DNA of 63,947 nt, filler included, from Sandaracinaceae bacterium (GTDB lineage: Bacteria > Myxococcota_A > Polyangia > Polyangiales > JADJQN01), in the NCBI GenBank assembly GCA_947483975.1. It is 3 parts of 3 records of this genome, joined end to end, with 100 filler letters (N's around TTAATTAATTAA, not from the genome) between each part and the next. Parts side by side here need not be neighbours in the genome. Positions count along the whole stretch, not along the records: positions 24,435 to 48,608 come from CANKOL010000036.1; 2 more parts are not named here. One strand, written 5' to 3'. Positions 26,290-35,977 of this stretch are shown here, one piece after another; the stretch's first letter is position 1; each line of letters opens with the position of its first letter. A program made the translations under genes and the position numbers. Under the pieces are notes generated by a model that saw only the letters and a list, made by a program, of their open reading frames with translations, had not been told where the DNA came from and made no database searches.

Positions 26290-28524
26290 TCACCGTCCCC
26301 GACGTCGCCGAGCGCGCCGGTTCGCCGCGCAGAGTCCGAGGACGACGAGCGCAGAGGCGAGTCTTCCGTCGTGCGCCGGGCCGCCTCGAGACACCTCGCA
26401 CTGGCACCCTGACTGGGTGAGTGGGTGTCTGCTGGCGTCGCCGCCGAGGCCGCCATCGGCCTCTACGCTGCCATCCGTGTCGAGGCCGCCATCCGCGAGG
26501 AGCGGGTCATCGTCCGCGTTGGGATCGAGCGGCCCGGGGCCGGAGGTCGGAGGCGGCCCTGAGGGCGTCGGGACCCACACGCCGAGGACGTCGACGATCA
26601 GGTCCGTTCGCGCGCTCGCGAAGACGCAAAGCGAACCGCTCCCGGTCGCAGAGACCGTGAGCGCGGCGACCGAAGGCTCGGCTTCGAAGTTGAGGCTCGA
26701 GGTGCCCGGCACGGCCATCCCGCAAGGAAACGCCGTGAGATAGCCGCGACTCCCGGGTGAGGCCGACGTGAGATTCGCGACCACAGCGCGCACATCGGCT
26801 GGCATTCCAGGCAGCGTCTGAAGCGGAATCTCGACGACCTGCCGCTCCCCGAGTCGGCCAGTGTAGAGGCTCGTCGCCGCGCGAGTGTCGAGCACTCGAG
26901 TCGGCTCCAAGGCCTGATACGAGAGCTCCCCAGTCGGGACCAAATACCCCGTCACGTCCACGACGACATGAACCGCTTGGGACGCCACGAGGCAGAGTTG
27001 TCCGGCGCCCAGCGCCGAGATGATGGTATTCGCGGACACCGAAGTCGCCGCGAAGTTGAGGTTGCTCGTGCTCGGCACTGCGCCTCCGCACGGGAAGGCC
27101 GTGAGAAATCCGCCCGTCGCTCCGCCGATCACCGCGACGGACGCGACGACCGCCGCCGCGCCGCTCGGCGCCCCAACGTCCACTGCGAAAGGCTCCCCCG
27201 GCGCGAGCGGGGTGCCCGCCGAGCGAGTGTCGAGCGCGCGCCGAGGGCCCGCCGTCTGGAGGCCGAGGCCCTCGGTCGCGAAGGCCCCCGTCCAGTCGGC
27301 GATCACCTCGACGTCGCTGTTCGCGCGGAACGTGACCCCGCTGCCGCTCCCGAGCGCCGCCGGCGTCGCGTTCGCCCGCACGCGCGGAGGGTAGAAGTTC
27401 AGCGTGGAGGTCTCCGCCGCGGACCCGGCTGGACGCACTCCCACATAGCCACTCGCGGTCAGGGGCACGGCGGTGAGGTTGAGCCAGACTGACGTCGCGC
27501 CCGCAGGCAGCGTAGTCCAGTCTGCGAAGGTGCCTGTGCGCGTGCTCGTCAGGGGCCCAGTGGTCGCGCCGTCCGAGCGCATGAGTCGCGCGCTACCAGC
27601 GCCGGTGCGCGTGTCGAACAGGCGCTCTGGCGTGACGAACTGAAAGCGCGAGAGCTCACCGACCCGCGTGATCATCGGCAGCACGGCGCCGGCGTTTCGC
27701 GCCGCCTCCGTGGGCTCAGGCGGCGTGGGCAGCCCACAGCGAGGCGGACCCGGAAGGCAGATCTCACCGCTCGCCGCACAGTCGATGAACGAGCAGTCCT
27801 CGTGGACCACCGCCGTCCCGTAGCAGACGACCGGACACGTCGCGGCGGGCGCGCCCTCCGTGAAGAAGCGCGTGCGTCGCGCCGCCCCGTCCACGCTCAG
27901 CTCCGTGTGGATGTGGTTGACGTGGTGATCCGTGCGATACGCGCCGCTGCTCGTGCGCGTGTCGGAGATCTCGCTGAAGCCGTGCTCCCCATTCCAGTAG
28001 ATCCCGTCCCAGATGACGCGCTGAATACCGATGTACTCGGCATTCTCGATCAGCCAGTTGGCGACAGCATCTCCAGCCGTGTTGTCGGCGTCGCCAGCGA
28101 TCGTCGGGATCATCAGATCGATCGCGCGCCCGACCGAATGCACGGACAGAAATGCGGTGCTGTCAGGGTTGCTGTTGCGCCTGCAGGTGTAGGTCCCGCC
28201 CGCGCGCACATAGGTCCAGCGGCTGCGAATGTAGACGTCGAGCTCCGACGTCCCAGGATGCGCGCGGACGCACGCGGGATGTGTGCAAGTCCCGACCCAC
28301 GGATTGGTGGACGTGCAGCTCCCGAGCGGCAACACCGCGGGCGGGTTGACGACGTCCACATACTGAGTGGCCGCGATCGCCCGCGTGCTCGCCGGTGGGT
28401 TCCAATCGCCCGGAATGATCAGGTCCGCGCTCTGCCCACCGACCGGCTCCTGCGCACAGCCGACGGCGCAGCAGACCAGCCCGAGCACAGCGCCCACGAC
28501 TCCCGCCTGCCTCGCTCGCGACAT
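26290..28524 (-). CDS. Surface protein: M15/LAS-like Zn peptidase domain + three P.R..DTR repeat domains + MYXO-CTERM
   Basis: Lipobox AVGC; SVHSVGRAIDL and HHVNHIH; repeats PERLFDTR, PRRALDTR, PTRVLDTR with G.LT.FPC..STLNF; tail SGCQC..hydrophobic..RRARRRR. Confidence 0.8.
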   Translation of the reverse strand: MSRARQAGVVGAVLGLVCCAVGCAQEPVGGQSADLIIPGDWNPPASTRAIAATQYVDVVNPPAVLPLGSCTSTNPWVGTCTHPACVRAHPGTSELDVYIRSRWTYVRAGGTYTCRRNSNPDSTAFLSVHSVGRAIDLMIPTIAGDADNTAGDAVANWLIENAEYIGIQRVIWDGIYWNGEHGFSEISDTRTSSGAYRTDHHVNHIHTELSVDGAARRTRFFTEGAPAATCPVVCYGTAVVHEDCSFIDCAASGEICLPGPPRCGLPTPPEPTEAARNAGAVLPMITRVGELSRFQFVTPERLFDTRTGAGSARLMRSDGATTGPLTSTRTGTFADWTTLPAGATSVWLNLTAVPLTASGYVGVRPAGSAAETSTLNFYPPRVRANATPAALGSGSGVTFRANSDVEVIADWTGAFATEGLGLQTAGPRRALDTRSAGTPLAPGEPFAVDVGAPSGAAAVVASVAVIGGATGGFLTAFPCGGAVPSTSNLNFAATSVSANTIISALGAGQLCLVASQAVHVVVDVTGYLVPTGELSYQALEPTRVLDTRAATSLYTGRLGERQVVEIPLQTLPGMPADVRAVVANLTSASPGSRGYLTAFPCGMAVPGTSSLNFEAEPSVAALTVSATGSGSLCVFASARTDLIVDVLGVWVPTPSGPPPTSGPGPLDPNADDDPLLADGGLDTDGSVEADGGLGGDASRHPLTQSGCQCEVSRGGPAHDGRLASALVVLGLCAANRRARRRRGR

Positions 28525-28584
28525 GAGCCGAAGCCTATCACGCCCGAATCCAACCCGTCCCCGCTCCCATCCCGACGCCCGAGT

Positions 28585-28700
28585 GAGCTTCCACTCGCGC
28601 CCCACCGACGCCGACCGACCTTCCTATCCCGCCTCATCGACGCCGGCCAACCTTCCTATCCCGCCTCGTCGACGCCGGCTGAGCTTCCTATCCCGCCCCA
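28585..28700. repeat. 32-bp intergenic minisatellite, about 3.6 copies
   Basis: Units begin at 28585, 28617, 28649 and 28681; core cttcctatcccgcctc.tcgacgccggc; no spacers. Confidence 0.85.
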
Positions 28701-28794
28701 AAATCCTGCGAAAGCGCCCCCACTTCCGTCCACCGGCGCCGCGACGCCCACCGCTGGAAAAGCGCCTCCCAGCGCCATACCAACTGTCCTCGAA

Positions 28795-28820
28795 CCCCCC
28801 TTTCAAGGGGGGCTGGGGGG
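28795..28820. repeat. REP-like palindrome/hairpin downstream of fabH
   Basis: CCCCCCTT-TC-AAGGGGGG followed by CTGGGGGG. Confidence 0.55.
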
Positions 28821-28828
28821 TCGCCTTT

Positions 28829-29863
28829 TCACCACTCGATGATCACGGACCCCCAAGTAAATCCGCTGCCGAAGGCCACACAGGCCACCTTCATGCCGCG
28901 CTTGAGTCGACCCGATTCGACTGCCTCGTGCAGCAGGCTGGGGATGGTCGCCGCGGTGGTGTTGCCGAAGCGCTGGATGTTGTGGATGAACTTGCTGTCG
29001 GGCAGCTTGAGGACTTCGTTCTGGATGTACTGATTGATGCGCAGGTTCGCCTGATGGAACAGGAAGAGATCGATGTCGTTGCCGGTGATCCCGGCCTCGA
29101 TGCAGGTCTCCATCAGCACGGTGACCATGCGCTCGACGGCGTGCCGGAACACCAGCTTGCCGTCCATCTGCGCCCACATCATCTCGGGCGCGACCTGCCC
29201 GACGCCGTTGGCGTCGAGGGGCATGAAGGGCTTCTTGCTGATGTCCCAGATGGGCTGAGAGAGCTTGTCGGCAAAGCGTCCATCGGCGCCGAGCTTCCAG
29301 GCGCGCACGCCGCGGTCTTCGTCGGTCGCGCTGAGCACGACCGCGCCCGCGCCATCGCCGAACAGACACGAGACCATGCGGCCGCGCGTCGTCAGATCGA
29401 GCGAGTGCGAGTGCAGCTCTGCGCCGACGACGAGCACATGCTTGTAGACGCCCGCCTTGATCATCGCGGTCGCCGTCGAGAGCGCGTAGACGAAGCCGGA
29501 GCACTGATTGCGCACGTCGAGGGCGGGGATGAACTTCGCCTTCGGCCCCTCGCAGAGTCCGAGCTTCTTCTGCAGATAGACGCCGGAGCCCGGGAAGCAG
29601 TGATCGGGCGACAGCGTCGCGAACACGATCATGTCGAGGTCGTGCGCCTCGAGGCCCGCGTTCTTGAGGGCGATGCGCGTCGCCTCGACGGCGAGGTCGG
29701 AGGTCGCGACGCCCTCGTCGGCGTAGTGGCGCTCCTCGATGCCGGTACGCTGCACGATCCACTCGTTGGTGGTGTCGATGCCGTACTCCTTGATCAGGTC
29801 GTCGTTCGTGACGACGCGCGGAGGAGCGAAGAAACCGGTCCCGGAGATGTAGGCGTTGGGCAT
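28829..29863 (-). CDS. fabH: 3-oxoacyl-ACP synthase III
   Basis: EWIVQRTGIEER, catalytic Cys (NQCSGF), LFGDGAGA, His (FHQAN), Asn (GNTTAA), FGSGFTWG. Confidence 0.95.
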   Translation of the reverse strand: MPNAYISGTGFFAPPRVVTNDDLIKEYGIDTTNEWIVQRTGIEERHYADEGVATSDLAVEATRIALKNAGLEAHDLDMIVFATLSPDHCFPGSGVYLQKKLGLCEGPKAKFIPALDVRNQCSGFVYALSTATAMIKAGVYKHVLVVGAELHSHSLDLTTRGRMVSCLFGDGAGAVVLSATDEDRGVRAWKLGADGRFADKLSQPIWDISKKPFMPLDANGVGQVAPEMMWAQMDGKLVFRHAVERMVTVLMETCIEAGITGNDIDLFLFHQANLRINQYIQNEVLKLPDSKFIHNIQRFGNTTAATIPSLLHEAVESGRLKRGMKVACVAFGSGFTWGSVIIEW

Positions 29864-29992
29864 TGGAGTGAACGGGAGTTCATCCCCAAGGCCCGCGCTA
29901 GTCAAGCAGGAACGCAACAGCGCGAGCGTCGTCGTGCGAGGTCGCCGGGGCGTGCCTCACCCCGGGACGCGCTCGCGCTCGCGCGACCCGGG

Positions 29993-30754
29993 CTACCAGC
30001 CGACTCGTTGATCCAGATAGTGCGGCAGCATCGCGCGCCAGGTGGTCCAGTCGTGCTCCATGTCAGGGCCCCAGAGGTCGAGGTTGTGCCAGATGCCCTT
30101 GTCCCAGAGCTGCTGCGAGAAGCGCTGCGTCGCCGCCGGGATCTCCCACTTGCCCGTGCCGCAGAGCAGGTGGACCTGACAGTGGTTCTGCACGAGCTCG
30201 AGCTGCGAGCCCTGATAATCGCGGAGGAACCACATCGGGTTGTTGTAGTAGATCTCGTCGCTCGAGTGCCCGTGCAGGTAGCTGCCCTCGAGGTCGTAGA
30301 AGCCGCTCATCGCGATCAGCGTGTCGAAGAGATCCGGGCGGCGGAAGAACTGGTTGGCCGCGTGGAACGCGCCGAAGCTCGCCCCCGTGATGCCGATGCG
30401 CGCGCTGTCGTCCCGCACGGCGCGACGGATGTGCGGCACGACCTCGTCCTCGACGTACGACGCATAGAGCGCCTGCAGGCGCGCCTTCATCGGCACCGAG
30501 ACGTTCTTGTTCATCCACGCGCGAGAGTTGATCGACTCGATGGAGAAGACGGTGACGCGCCCCGCCTTGATCAGCGGCTCGATCGCCTTGATCAGGAAGA
30601 AGCGCTCGGCGTCGAGCAGGTCGCTCTGCGCCGTCGGGAGCAGCAGGAGCGGCTTGCCGAAGTTGCCGTAGCGAACGATCGGCATCCAGGTGTTCAGGCG
30701 TGGGCTGTGCCAGCCGAACATCTCGCGCGGCAGGTTCGGATCGACGTACTGCAT
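29993..30754 (-). CDS. Putative esterase (alpha/beta hydrolase)
   Basis: YGNFGKPLL, GASFGAFHA, SGFYD, IYYNNP, LDLWG..HDW..W. Confidence 0.85.
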   Translation of the reverse strand: MQYVDPNLPREMFGWHSPRLNTWMPIVRYGNFGKPLLLLPTAQSDLLDAERFFLIKAIEPLIKAGRVTVFSIESINSRAWMNKNVSVPMKARLQALYASYVEDEVVPHIRRAVRDDSARIGITGASFGAFHAANQFFRRPDLFDTLIAMSGFYDLEGSYLHGHSSDEIYYNNPMWFLRDYQGSQLELVQNHCQVHLLCGTGKWEIPAATQRFSQQLWDKGIWHNLDLWGPDMEHDWTTWRAMLPHYLDQRVGW

Positions 30755-30818
30755 TCGGGAATGAGCTCCGTTTCGGGGGTGATGCGAGCGAGTTACGAGC
30801 ACGAACGAGCGAGCGCGA

Positions 30819-32030
30819 TCAGGGGGTCCAGAGGCCGACGCTCGCGCCGACCCAGCTGAGATTTCGGTTGTGATCGACGCCGAGGAGCTTGCCGCGCGAG
30901 AGGCGCACGAGCGGCAGGATCGTGCGGAGGCGGTCTTCCTTCGGGTCGTGGATCATCATCACGCGCACCTCGGCTTTGACGCCGAAGCCGCCGACGGACT
31001 CCGGCGCGCGGATCGCGTCGGCGTAGGTGATCTTCTCTTGGAGGAGCCAGCCCGAGCGCTCCTCGACGGGGAGCGCCTCGAGCGCCTCGAGCGTGACGTC
31101 GACCATCACGCCCGTGCCGGCGAACGAGTAGAGCGGCTTGAGCACATAGCGCGAGAGATCGAGCGAGCGCGCGTCCACGTCCGACACCAGGCGCGCCTTC
31201 GGCACCGTCGGGTGATCGAGGAACGGGAGCGCGTACTTCGACCAGAGCCAGTACCAGTTCGGGTGCGAGCACCAGCTCACGTCGAGCGGCTCGCGCCAGT
31301 CGAAGGGGACCTGCACGTTCTTCGCCTCGAGCTCGTCGAAGACCATGCGGTTGAAGATGCGCTTGACCTGAACGCGCTGACCATCCTTGCGCCGGTAGAC
31401 CTTGCGGCCCTCGACCTCGAGCGTCGTCACGCACACGGAGTCGAGGCCGAACAGCGTCTTGGTCGCGACGAAGTCCGGGACGGTCTTCTGCTTCTCGGGG
31501 GCGTAGTCGACGAGCACGACCTCGTTCGGATCTTCGCCGCCGTGCAGCGCGCGGCGCACGCGGTCGAGGGCCGTCTCACGGTCGTCGCCGAAGCAGCAGG
31601 TCCACGGGCCCGCGAGCTCGGGCTGGTCCGCGAGCGTCTCTGCCCAGGCGTCCGCGAGGAAAGTCTCGAAAGCGTAGAGAGACGGGAAGGCCTGGAGCTC
31701 GACGAGTCGCGGGACGATCTTCCCCGTGCCGTCATCGGCGAGCGCGAAGTCGACCTGCACGCAGTCGGGGAGGGCGGTCGTGCCGGGGACGTCGTAGCGC
31801 GCGGGCACCGAGCCGCGCAGCTTGGCGAGCGTCGCGGGGACGAGCAGCTGATCGGTCAGCGCCTCGGCAGAGCTCGAGAGCGCGTGCCGGAGCTCCGGGT
31901 CGAGAAAGAGCGGCGTCTCCGCGATGCTGAACGGCGTCGTGCCGACGCGCGCGGCGAGGCGCTGCTGGAGCTGGTCGAAGAGCGCCGGGCTGAAGGCGCG
32001 GTTGAACGTCGAGCGAACGGAGGAGTGCAT
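30819..32030 (-). CDS. Conserved protein with glutathionylspermidine-synthase / circularly permuted ATP-grasp-like motifs
   Basis: QVDFAL, LVELQAFPSLY, VLKPLYSFAGTGV, LLQEKI, AEVRVM. Confidence 0.6.
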   Translation of the reverse strand: MHSSVRSTFNRAFSPALFDQLQQRLAARVGTTPFSIAETPLFLDPELRHALSSSAEALTDQLLVPATLAKLRGSVPARYDVPGTTALPDCVQVDFALADDGTGKIVPRLVELQAFPSLYAFETFLADAWAETLADQPELAGPWTCCFGDDRETALDRVRRALHGGEDPNEVVLVDYAPEKQKTVPDFVATKTLFGLDSVCVTTLEVEGRKVYRRKDGQRVQVKRIFNRMVFDELEAKNVQVPFDWREPLDVSWCSHPNWYWLWSKYALPFLDHPTVPKARLVSDVDARSLDLSRYVLKPLYSFAGTGVMVDVTLEALEALPVEERSGWLLQEKITYADAIRAPESVGGFGVKAEVRVMMIHDPKEDRLRTILPLVRLSRGKLLGVDHNRNLSWVGASVGLWTP

Positions 32031-32048
32031 ACGAAAGACAGCTCGAGG

Positions 32049-32789
32049 TCAGGCGCCGGGCGGCATCGAGCCACCGGGCGGAGCGCTGGCGCCGCTCTTG
32101 GCCATGCGCAGGTACATGTGCGCGGTCTTGTTGTCGGGATCGACGAGCGTCGCCGCCTCCCACTGCCCGACCGCGCCGGGCTGGTCGCCGAGCGAGAGCA
32201 GCACCACGCCGAGCGCGATGCGGGCGGGCACGTAGTTCGGCCGGGCTTTGACCGCCTCGTCGAGCTCGAAGCGCGCGGCGTCGCTGTCGCCCTGCTGCCG
32301 GTAGAGCCCCGCGAGCTTCACGCGCAGGTCGGAGAAGTGCGGGCAGAGCAGGATCGCCTTGCGATACTCGTGCATCGCCTCGGCGAAGAGGCCCGCGTCG
32401 ACGTACGCCTGCGCGACCTCGCCGTGCAGGTTCGCGATCTTGCCCTTGACGAAGGGGTCGAGGTGCCCGGGCGAGTCGGCGCCCTTTGCGAGCGCGGCTT
32501 GGTAGATGCGCTTGGCCTCGTCGTAGCGCCCGAGGTCGTTGTAGGTGACCGCGAGGTTGAGCGCGGCCTCAGTGTAATTGGGGTTGATCTGCAGGGCCGC
32601 CTCGAACGCGCCCTGCGCATCCTCGAAGCGGCCGCGGTCGTGATGGACGACGCCCATCATGTTGTGGACGTCGGCAAAACCAGCGTCGCGCTCGAGGACC
32701 TGCCGGAGGTAGTGCTCCGCTTTCTCGAACTCCCGCTTCTCGTAGTGCTCTCGACCCAGGGAAAGGAGCTGCTTGGTACGTTCGTCCAT
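32049..32789 (-). CDS. TPR-repeat protein
   Basis: FADVHNMMG, ALQINPNYTEAALNL, PHFSDLRVKLA repeats. Confidence 0.88.
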   Translation of the reverse strand: MDERTKQLLSLGREHYEKREFEKAEHYLRQVLERDAGFADVHNMMGVVHHDRGRFEDAQGAFEAALQINPNYTEAALNLAVTYNDLGRYDEAKRIYQAALAKGADSPGHLDPFVKGKIANLHGEVAQAYVDAGLFAEAMHEYRKAILLCPHFSDLRVKLAGLYRQQGDSDAARFELDEAVKARPNYVPARIALGVVLLSLGDQPGAVGQWEAATLVDPDNKTAHMYLRMAKSGASAPPGGSMPPGA

Positions 32790-32867
32790 CGGCCGTCGCA
32801 TCGTATCCCGGCAAGCGCGCGCGGATCAAATGCGGCGTGAGCGCATTCCCCCGCGCCGAGCGGATTC

Positions 32868-33701
32868 TCAGCCGCCGGTCGCGGGCGCCGGGGCGACCGC
32901 CTCGTCGAGGTAGCCGTGCGCTTGCGCGGCGTAGCCCGAGCGCGGGAAGCGCCGGATCAGCTCATCGAACGTCGTGCGCGCCTGGGCTTGGTCGCGCATC
33001 TGCAAGTAGGTGCGCCCGAGCAAGAGCAGCGCCTCCGGCTCGATCTCGCTGCCGCGGTAGGCGCGCAGCAGCGTCTCGAGGCGGCCGACGGCGGCGCGAG
33101 GCTGGTCGCGGTCTAGATAGAAGTTCGCGACGTAGAGCTCGTGCTTGGCGAGCAACGTCAGCGCCTTGCCGGCCATCTGCGTCGCCCGCGGGAGGCGCGA
33201 GTCTTCAGGGAAGTCGAGGATGAACCGGCGCAGCTGTCGGAGCGCGTCGCGCGTCGGCGCCTGGTCGCGCTCCTCGGCCGGAGGCGAGAGGATGAAGTCG
33301 CTCGGCATCTGCTCGAAGTACGCCTCGGCGGTGCGAAAGCGCGCGTACGGAACCTCGGGGTGCGACGGGCGGTAGCGCACGAAGGCGCGGAAGGCGGCGA
33401 TCGCCTCCACGAACTTCTGTTGCTGCATCAAGCAATCGGCGAGGCGCAGCTCCGCGAGGCTCGCGAACCGGCTGTACGAATACTCGCGTCGCACGCGGCG
33501 GAAGATCGGCTCAGCCTCCGGGCAGTTCTCGTCGCGATAGTCCGCGAGGCCCGCGTCGTACAGCTCCCGAGCGCTGTCGCCGTAGCTCAGATTCTGCGCG
33601 CGCTGAGCGCCGCCGCAGCCGGTTGCGGCGAGCGCGAGCACGCCGAGCGCGGCACAGAAGAGCGCGCGGGCGGGCACAGAGGCGGCGAGGGCAGGGCGCA
33701 T
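32868..33701 (-). CDS. bamD: Outer membrane protein assembly factor BamD
   Basis: Lipobox ATGC; YSRFASLAELRLAD, FVRYRPSHPEVPYA, ERDQ, LAKHELYVANFY. Confidence 0.92.
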   Translation of the reverse strand: MRPALAASVPARALFCAALGVLALAATGCGGAQRAQNLSYGDSARELYDAGLADYRDENCPEAEPIFRRVRREYSYSRFASLAELRLADCLMQQQKFVEAIAAFRAFVRYRPSHPEVPYARFRTAEAYFEQMPSDFILSPPAEERDQAPTRDALRQLRRFILDFPEDSRLPRATQMAGKALTLLAKHELYVANFYLDRDQPRAAVGRLETLLRAYRGSEIEPEALLLLGRTYLQMRDQAQARTTFDELIRRFPRSGYAAQAHGYLDEAVAPAPATGG

Positions 33702-33792
33702 CGGGGGCGGAACCTAGTCGAGCGCGCCCCGCGCGGCAACCGGCGGGCCCTCCCTGAATGGCGCGCGTCGCCGCTCGTCATTCATGCTACCG

Positions 33793-35160
33793 ATGGCGGA
33801 ACGCTCGCCCTGGAGGGTCCTCGTGCACGCTCGTCTCCTCGCTGCGCTCCTCGTTCTCTCGGCCGCCGTGGCCTCCGTCTCGCTCGTCGGTACTGCGCAC
33901 GCGCAGGAGAACGAGCTTGCCGGCATGCGTGCCGCGACCAAGGCCGCGCGCAACGACGCGACGGCCGCGAACGCGCTCGGGCGCGGGCTGCTGCGCGCGG
34001 GGCGCTACCGCGAGGCCGAGACCGAGCTGCGCCGAGCGGCGCGGCTCGCGCACAACGCGCCGGAGGCCGTCTATGCGGTCGCGAGCGTCGCGTTCGCGCA
34101 GGGCGACTATCGGCGGGCGCAGACCGCGTGTCGGCCGCTCGCGGGCGGGGCGCGGGGCGCGGCGCCGAGCGTCTGGGCGCGCCTCTGCAACGCGCGCACT
34201 TTCCTCGTGTGGAACCGCAGCTCGCGCGCGTTCGAGGAGCTCGACGCGGCCCTCGCCGCCGAGCCGCAGAACGTCGACGCGCTGCTCGCGCTCGGCGACG
34301 CGCATCGCCTCCGCGCCGATGTGCCGAACGCCGAGCAAGCCTATCGACGCGCGGCCGAGGCGGCGCCTGCGCGCGCGGAGGCGCACCTCGGGCTCGGACG
34401 GCTCTATGGCGCGGCCGGGCGTCGTGACGAGGCGGTCGCAGAGCTTCGCCGCGCGGTCGCGCTCGACGCGAACGATCCGGACGCCGACTTCGAGCTCGGT
34501 CGGCTGCTCGGCGGCACGGAGGAGGCGCAGCAGCTCCTGCAGAAGTCCGTCGCGGGTCGCCCGACCTGGGCCGAGGCGCAGGCTGCGCTCGGTGATTCGT
34601 TCCTCGCGAGCAACAACCCGACCGCGGCCGAGACCGCGTTCACGGCGGCGCTTCACCTCAACGATAGGCTCGCCGTCGCGCACACCGGGCTCGGGCGCGC
34701 GAGGGCGACGCGCGGCGATCTCCCCGGCGCCGAGGCGTCGCTGCGGCGTGCGCTCGAGCTCGTGCCGAACTCGCCGGAGGGCGCGCGCGCGCTCGCCGAC
34801 ATCCTCGGGCAGAAGCAGGACTACGAGGGCGCGTTCGAGCAGTACCGCCTCGCCGCCGACCTCGACCCGCGCAACCCCGCCGCGCTCCTGCAGGCGACGC
34901 GCCTCGCGCTGACGGTCAACCGCGACGTGCTCGCCGCAGCGTTCCTCGACCGCCTGCTCGAGGCGCACGCCGATCTGCCGGAGGGCCTCGCGCTCTACGG
35001 CGATGTGATGAAGGCGCGCTCCGATCGCACGGCCGCGCGCGGCTACTACGAGCGCGCTCTCCGTGCGGGCGCGCAGCTCAGTGACCGCCCGCGCGTCGAA
35101 GCGGCGCTCCGCGAGCTAGGCCCCGCGGCGCCGGCTCCGCGTCCGCGCCCGACGCACTGA
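33793..35160 (+). CDS. Secreted TPR-repeat protein
   Basis: Signal peptide ending AHA-Q; many TPR motifs (AEAHLGLGRLY, AVAHTGLG). Confidence 0.85.
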   Translation: MAERSPWRVLVHARLLAALLVLSAAVASVSLVGTAHAQENELAGMRAATKAARNDATAANALGRGLLRAGRYREAETELRRAARLAHNAPEAVYAVASVAFAQGDYRRAQTACRPLAGGARGAAPSVWARLCNARTFLVWNRSSRAFEELDAALAAEPQNVDALLALGDAHRLRADVPNAEQAYRRAAEAAPARAEAHLGLGRLYGAAGRRDEAVAELRRAVALDANDPDADFELGRLLGGTEEAQQLLQKSVAGRPTWAEAQAALGDSFLASNNPTAAETAFTAALHLNDRLAVAHTGLGRARATRGDLPGAEASLRRALELVPNSPEGARALADILGQKQDYEGAFEQYRLAADLDPRNPAALLQATRLALTVNRDVLAAAFLDRLLEAHADLPEGLALYGDVMKARSDRTAARGYYERALRAGAQLSDRPRVEAALRELGPAAPAPRPRPTH

Positions 35161-35369
35161 GCGCTCGGCTCAGCGTCGTCGGCGTCGAGGGTCAGCTGCG
35201 TGCGGCTACGCTGGCCTGACCCTGCGAGCCCGCGGCTGGCCCTCCGCCAGCGGGTGGTTCAGCGCCGCGGCGGCCTTCGCGAGCGCGCGGCCGGCTTGGT
35301 CGATTGCTCGGGCGCGGCGCGGGCTTGGTCACGACCGCGCGCACACAGCCAGTGCGCCGCCCGGCGGGG

Positions 35370-35783
35370 TCAGGTCGCGGGTCTGCTTGGGAGCGGTCCG
35401 GGCGACGGGCGTCCCGACAGCAGCTTCCGGAGTTGCTGCACGAGGCCGGTGTGGAGGTCGCCCTTGTGCACGATGGCGTCGACGTTGCCGCTCGCGAGCA
35501 GCGGCTCGAGCTCCTCGTGCGGCGCGCTCGAGATGACGACGACCGGGATCTCACGGAGCGACCTGCTCTGTCGGAAGAGCTTCGCGAGCGCATCCCCCTG
35601 CATCGCGGGCATGTTCAGGTCGCACACGACCGCCTCGATGCGCAGCTCCCGCATCGCGCGCGTCGCGCCGATCGGCGATGCGATCGCGTGGCAGGTGAAC
35701 CCCGCCGCCATCAGCAGCGCGCTGGTCACCTCCCGCGCGGTGCCGTCGTCGTCGATCACGAGAATCGTCTGTCCGCCGGCCAT
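35370..35783 (-). CDS. Single-domain response regulator
   Basis: ILVIDDD, VCDLNMPAMQG, VISS, HK. Confidence 0.9.
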   Translation of the reverse strand: MAGGQTILVIDDDGTAREVTSALLMAAGFTCHAIASPIGATRAMRELRIEAVVCDLNMPAMQGDALAKLFRQSRSLREIPVVVISSAPHEELEPLLASGNVDAIVHKGDLHTGLVQQLRKLLSGRPSPGPLPSRPAT

Positions 35784-35977
35784 TACTGCGCGTCTCCTTC
35801 ACCGGCGTCGTCGGGCACGACCGGGCCGCATTCGTCGGGGAATCGCTCCGCTGCGCGGTCGATCGTCGCGCAGTCGAAGGGCGGCGGGTCGGGCGCTCGC
35901 TCGAGCCCGCAGCCGGAGGCGCATACGAGCGAGGTAAGCAGTAGGAGACGAAAAATCCGCTCAGGGGTCAAGATCAT
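35783..35977 (-). CDS. Small lipoprotein (64 aa)
   Basis: Lipobox ASGC; Cys pair FDC..DEC; overlaps both neighbouring genes. Confidence 0.6.
   Translation of the reverse strand: MILTPERIFRLLLLTSLVCASGCGLERAPDPPPFDCATIDRAAERFPDECGPVVPDDAGEGDAQ

Noticed and set aside
28585..28700. Possible CRISPR array (32-bp periodicity)
   Set aside because: Units are head-to-tail with no unique spacers, and no cas genes are present.
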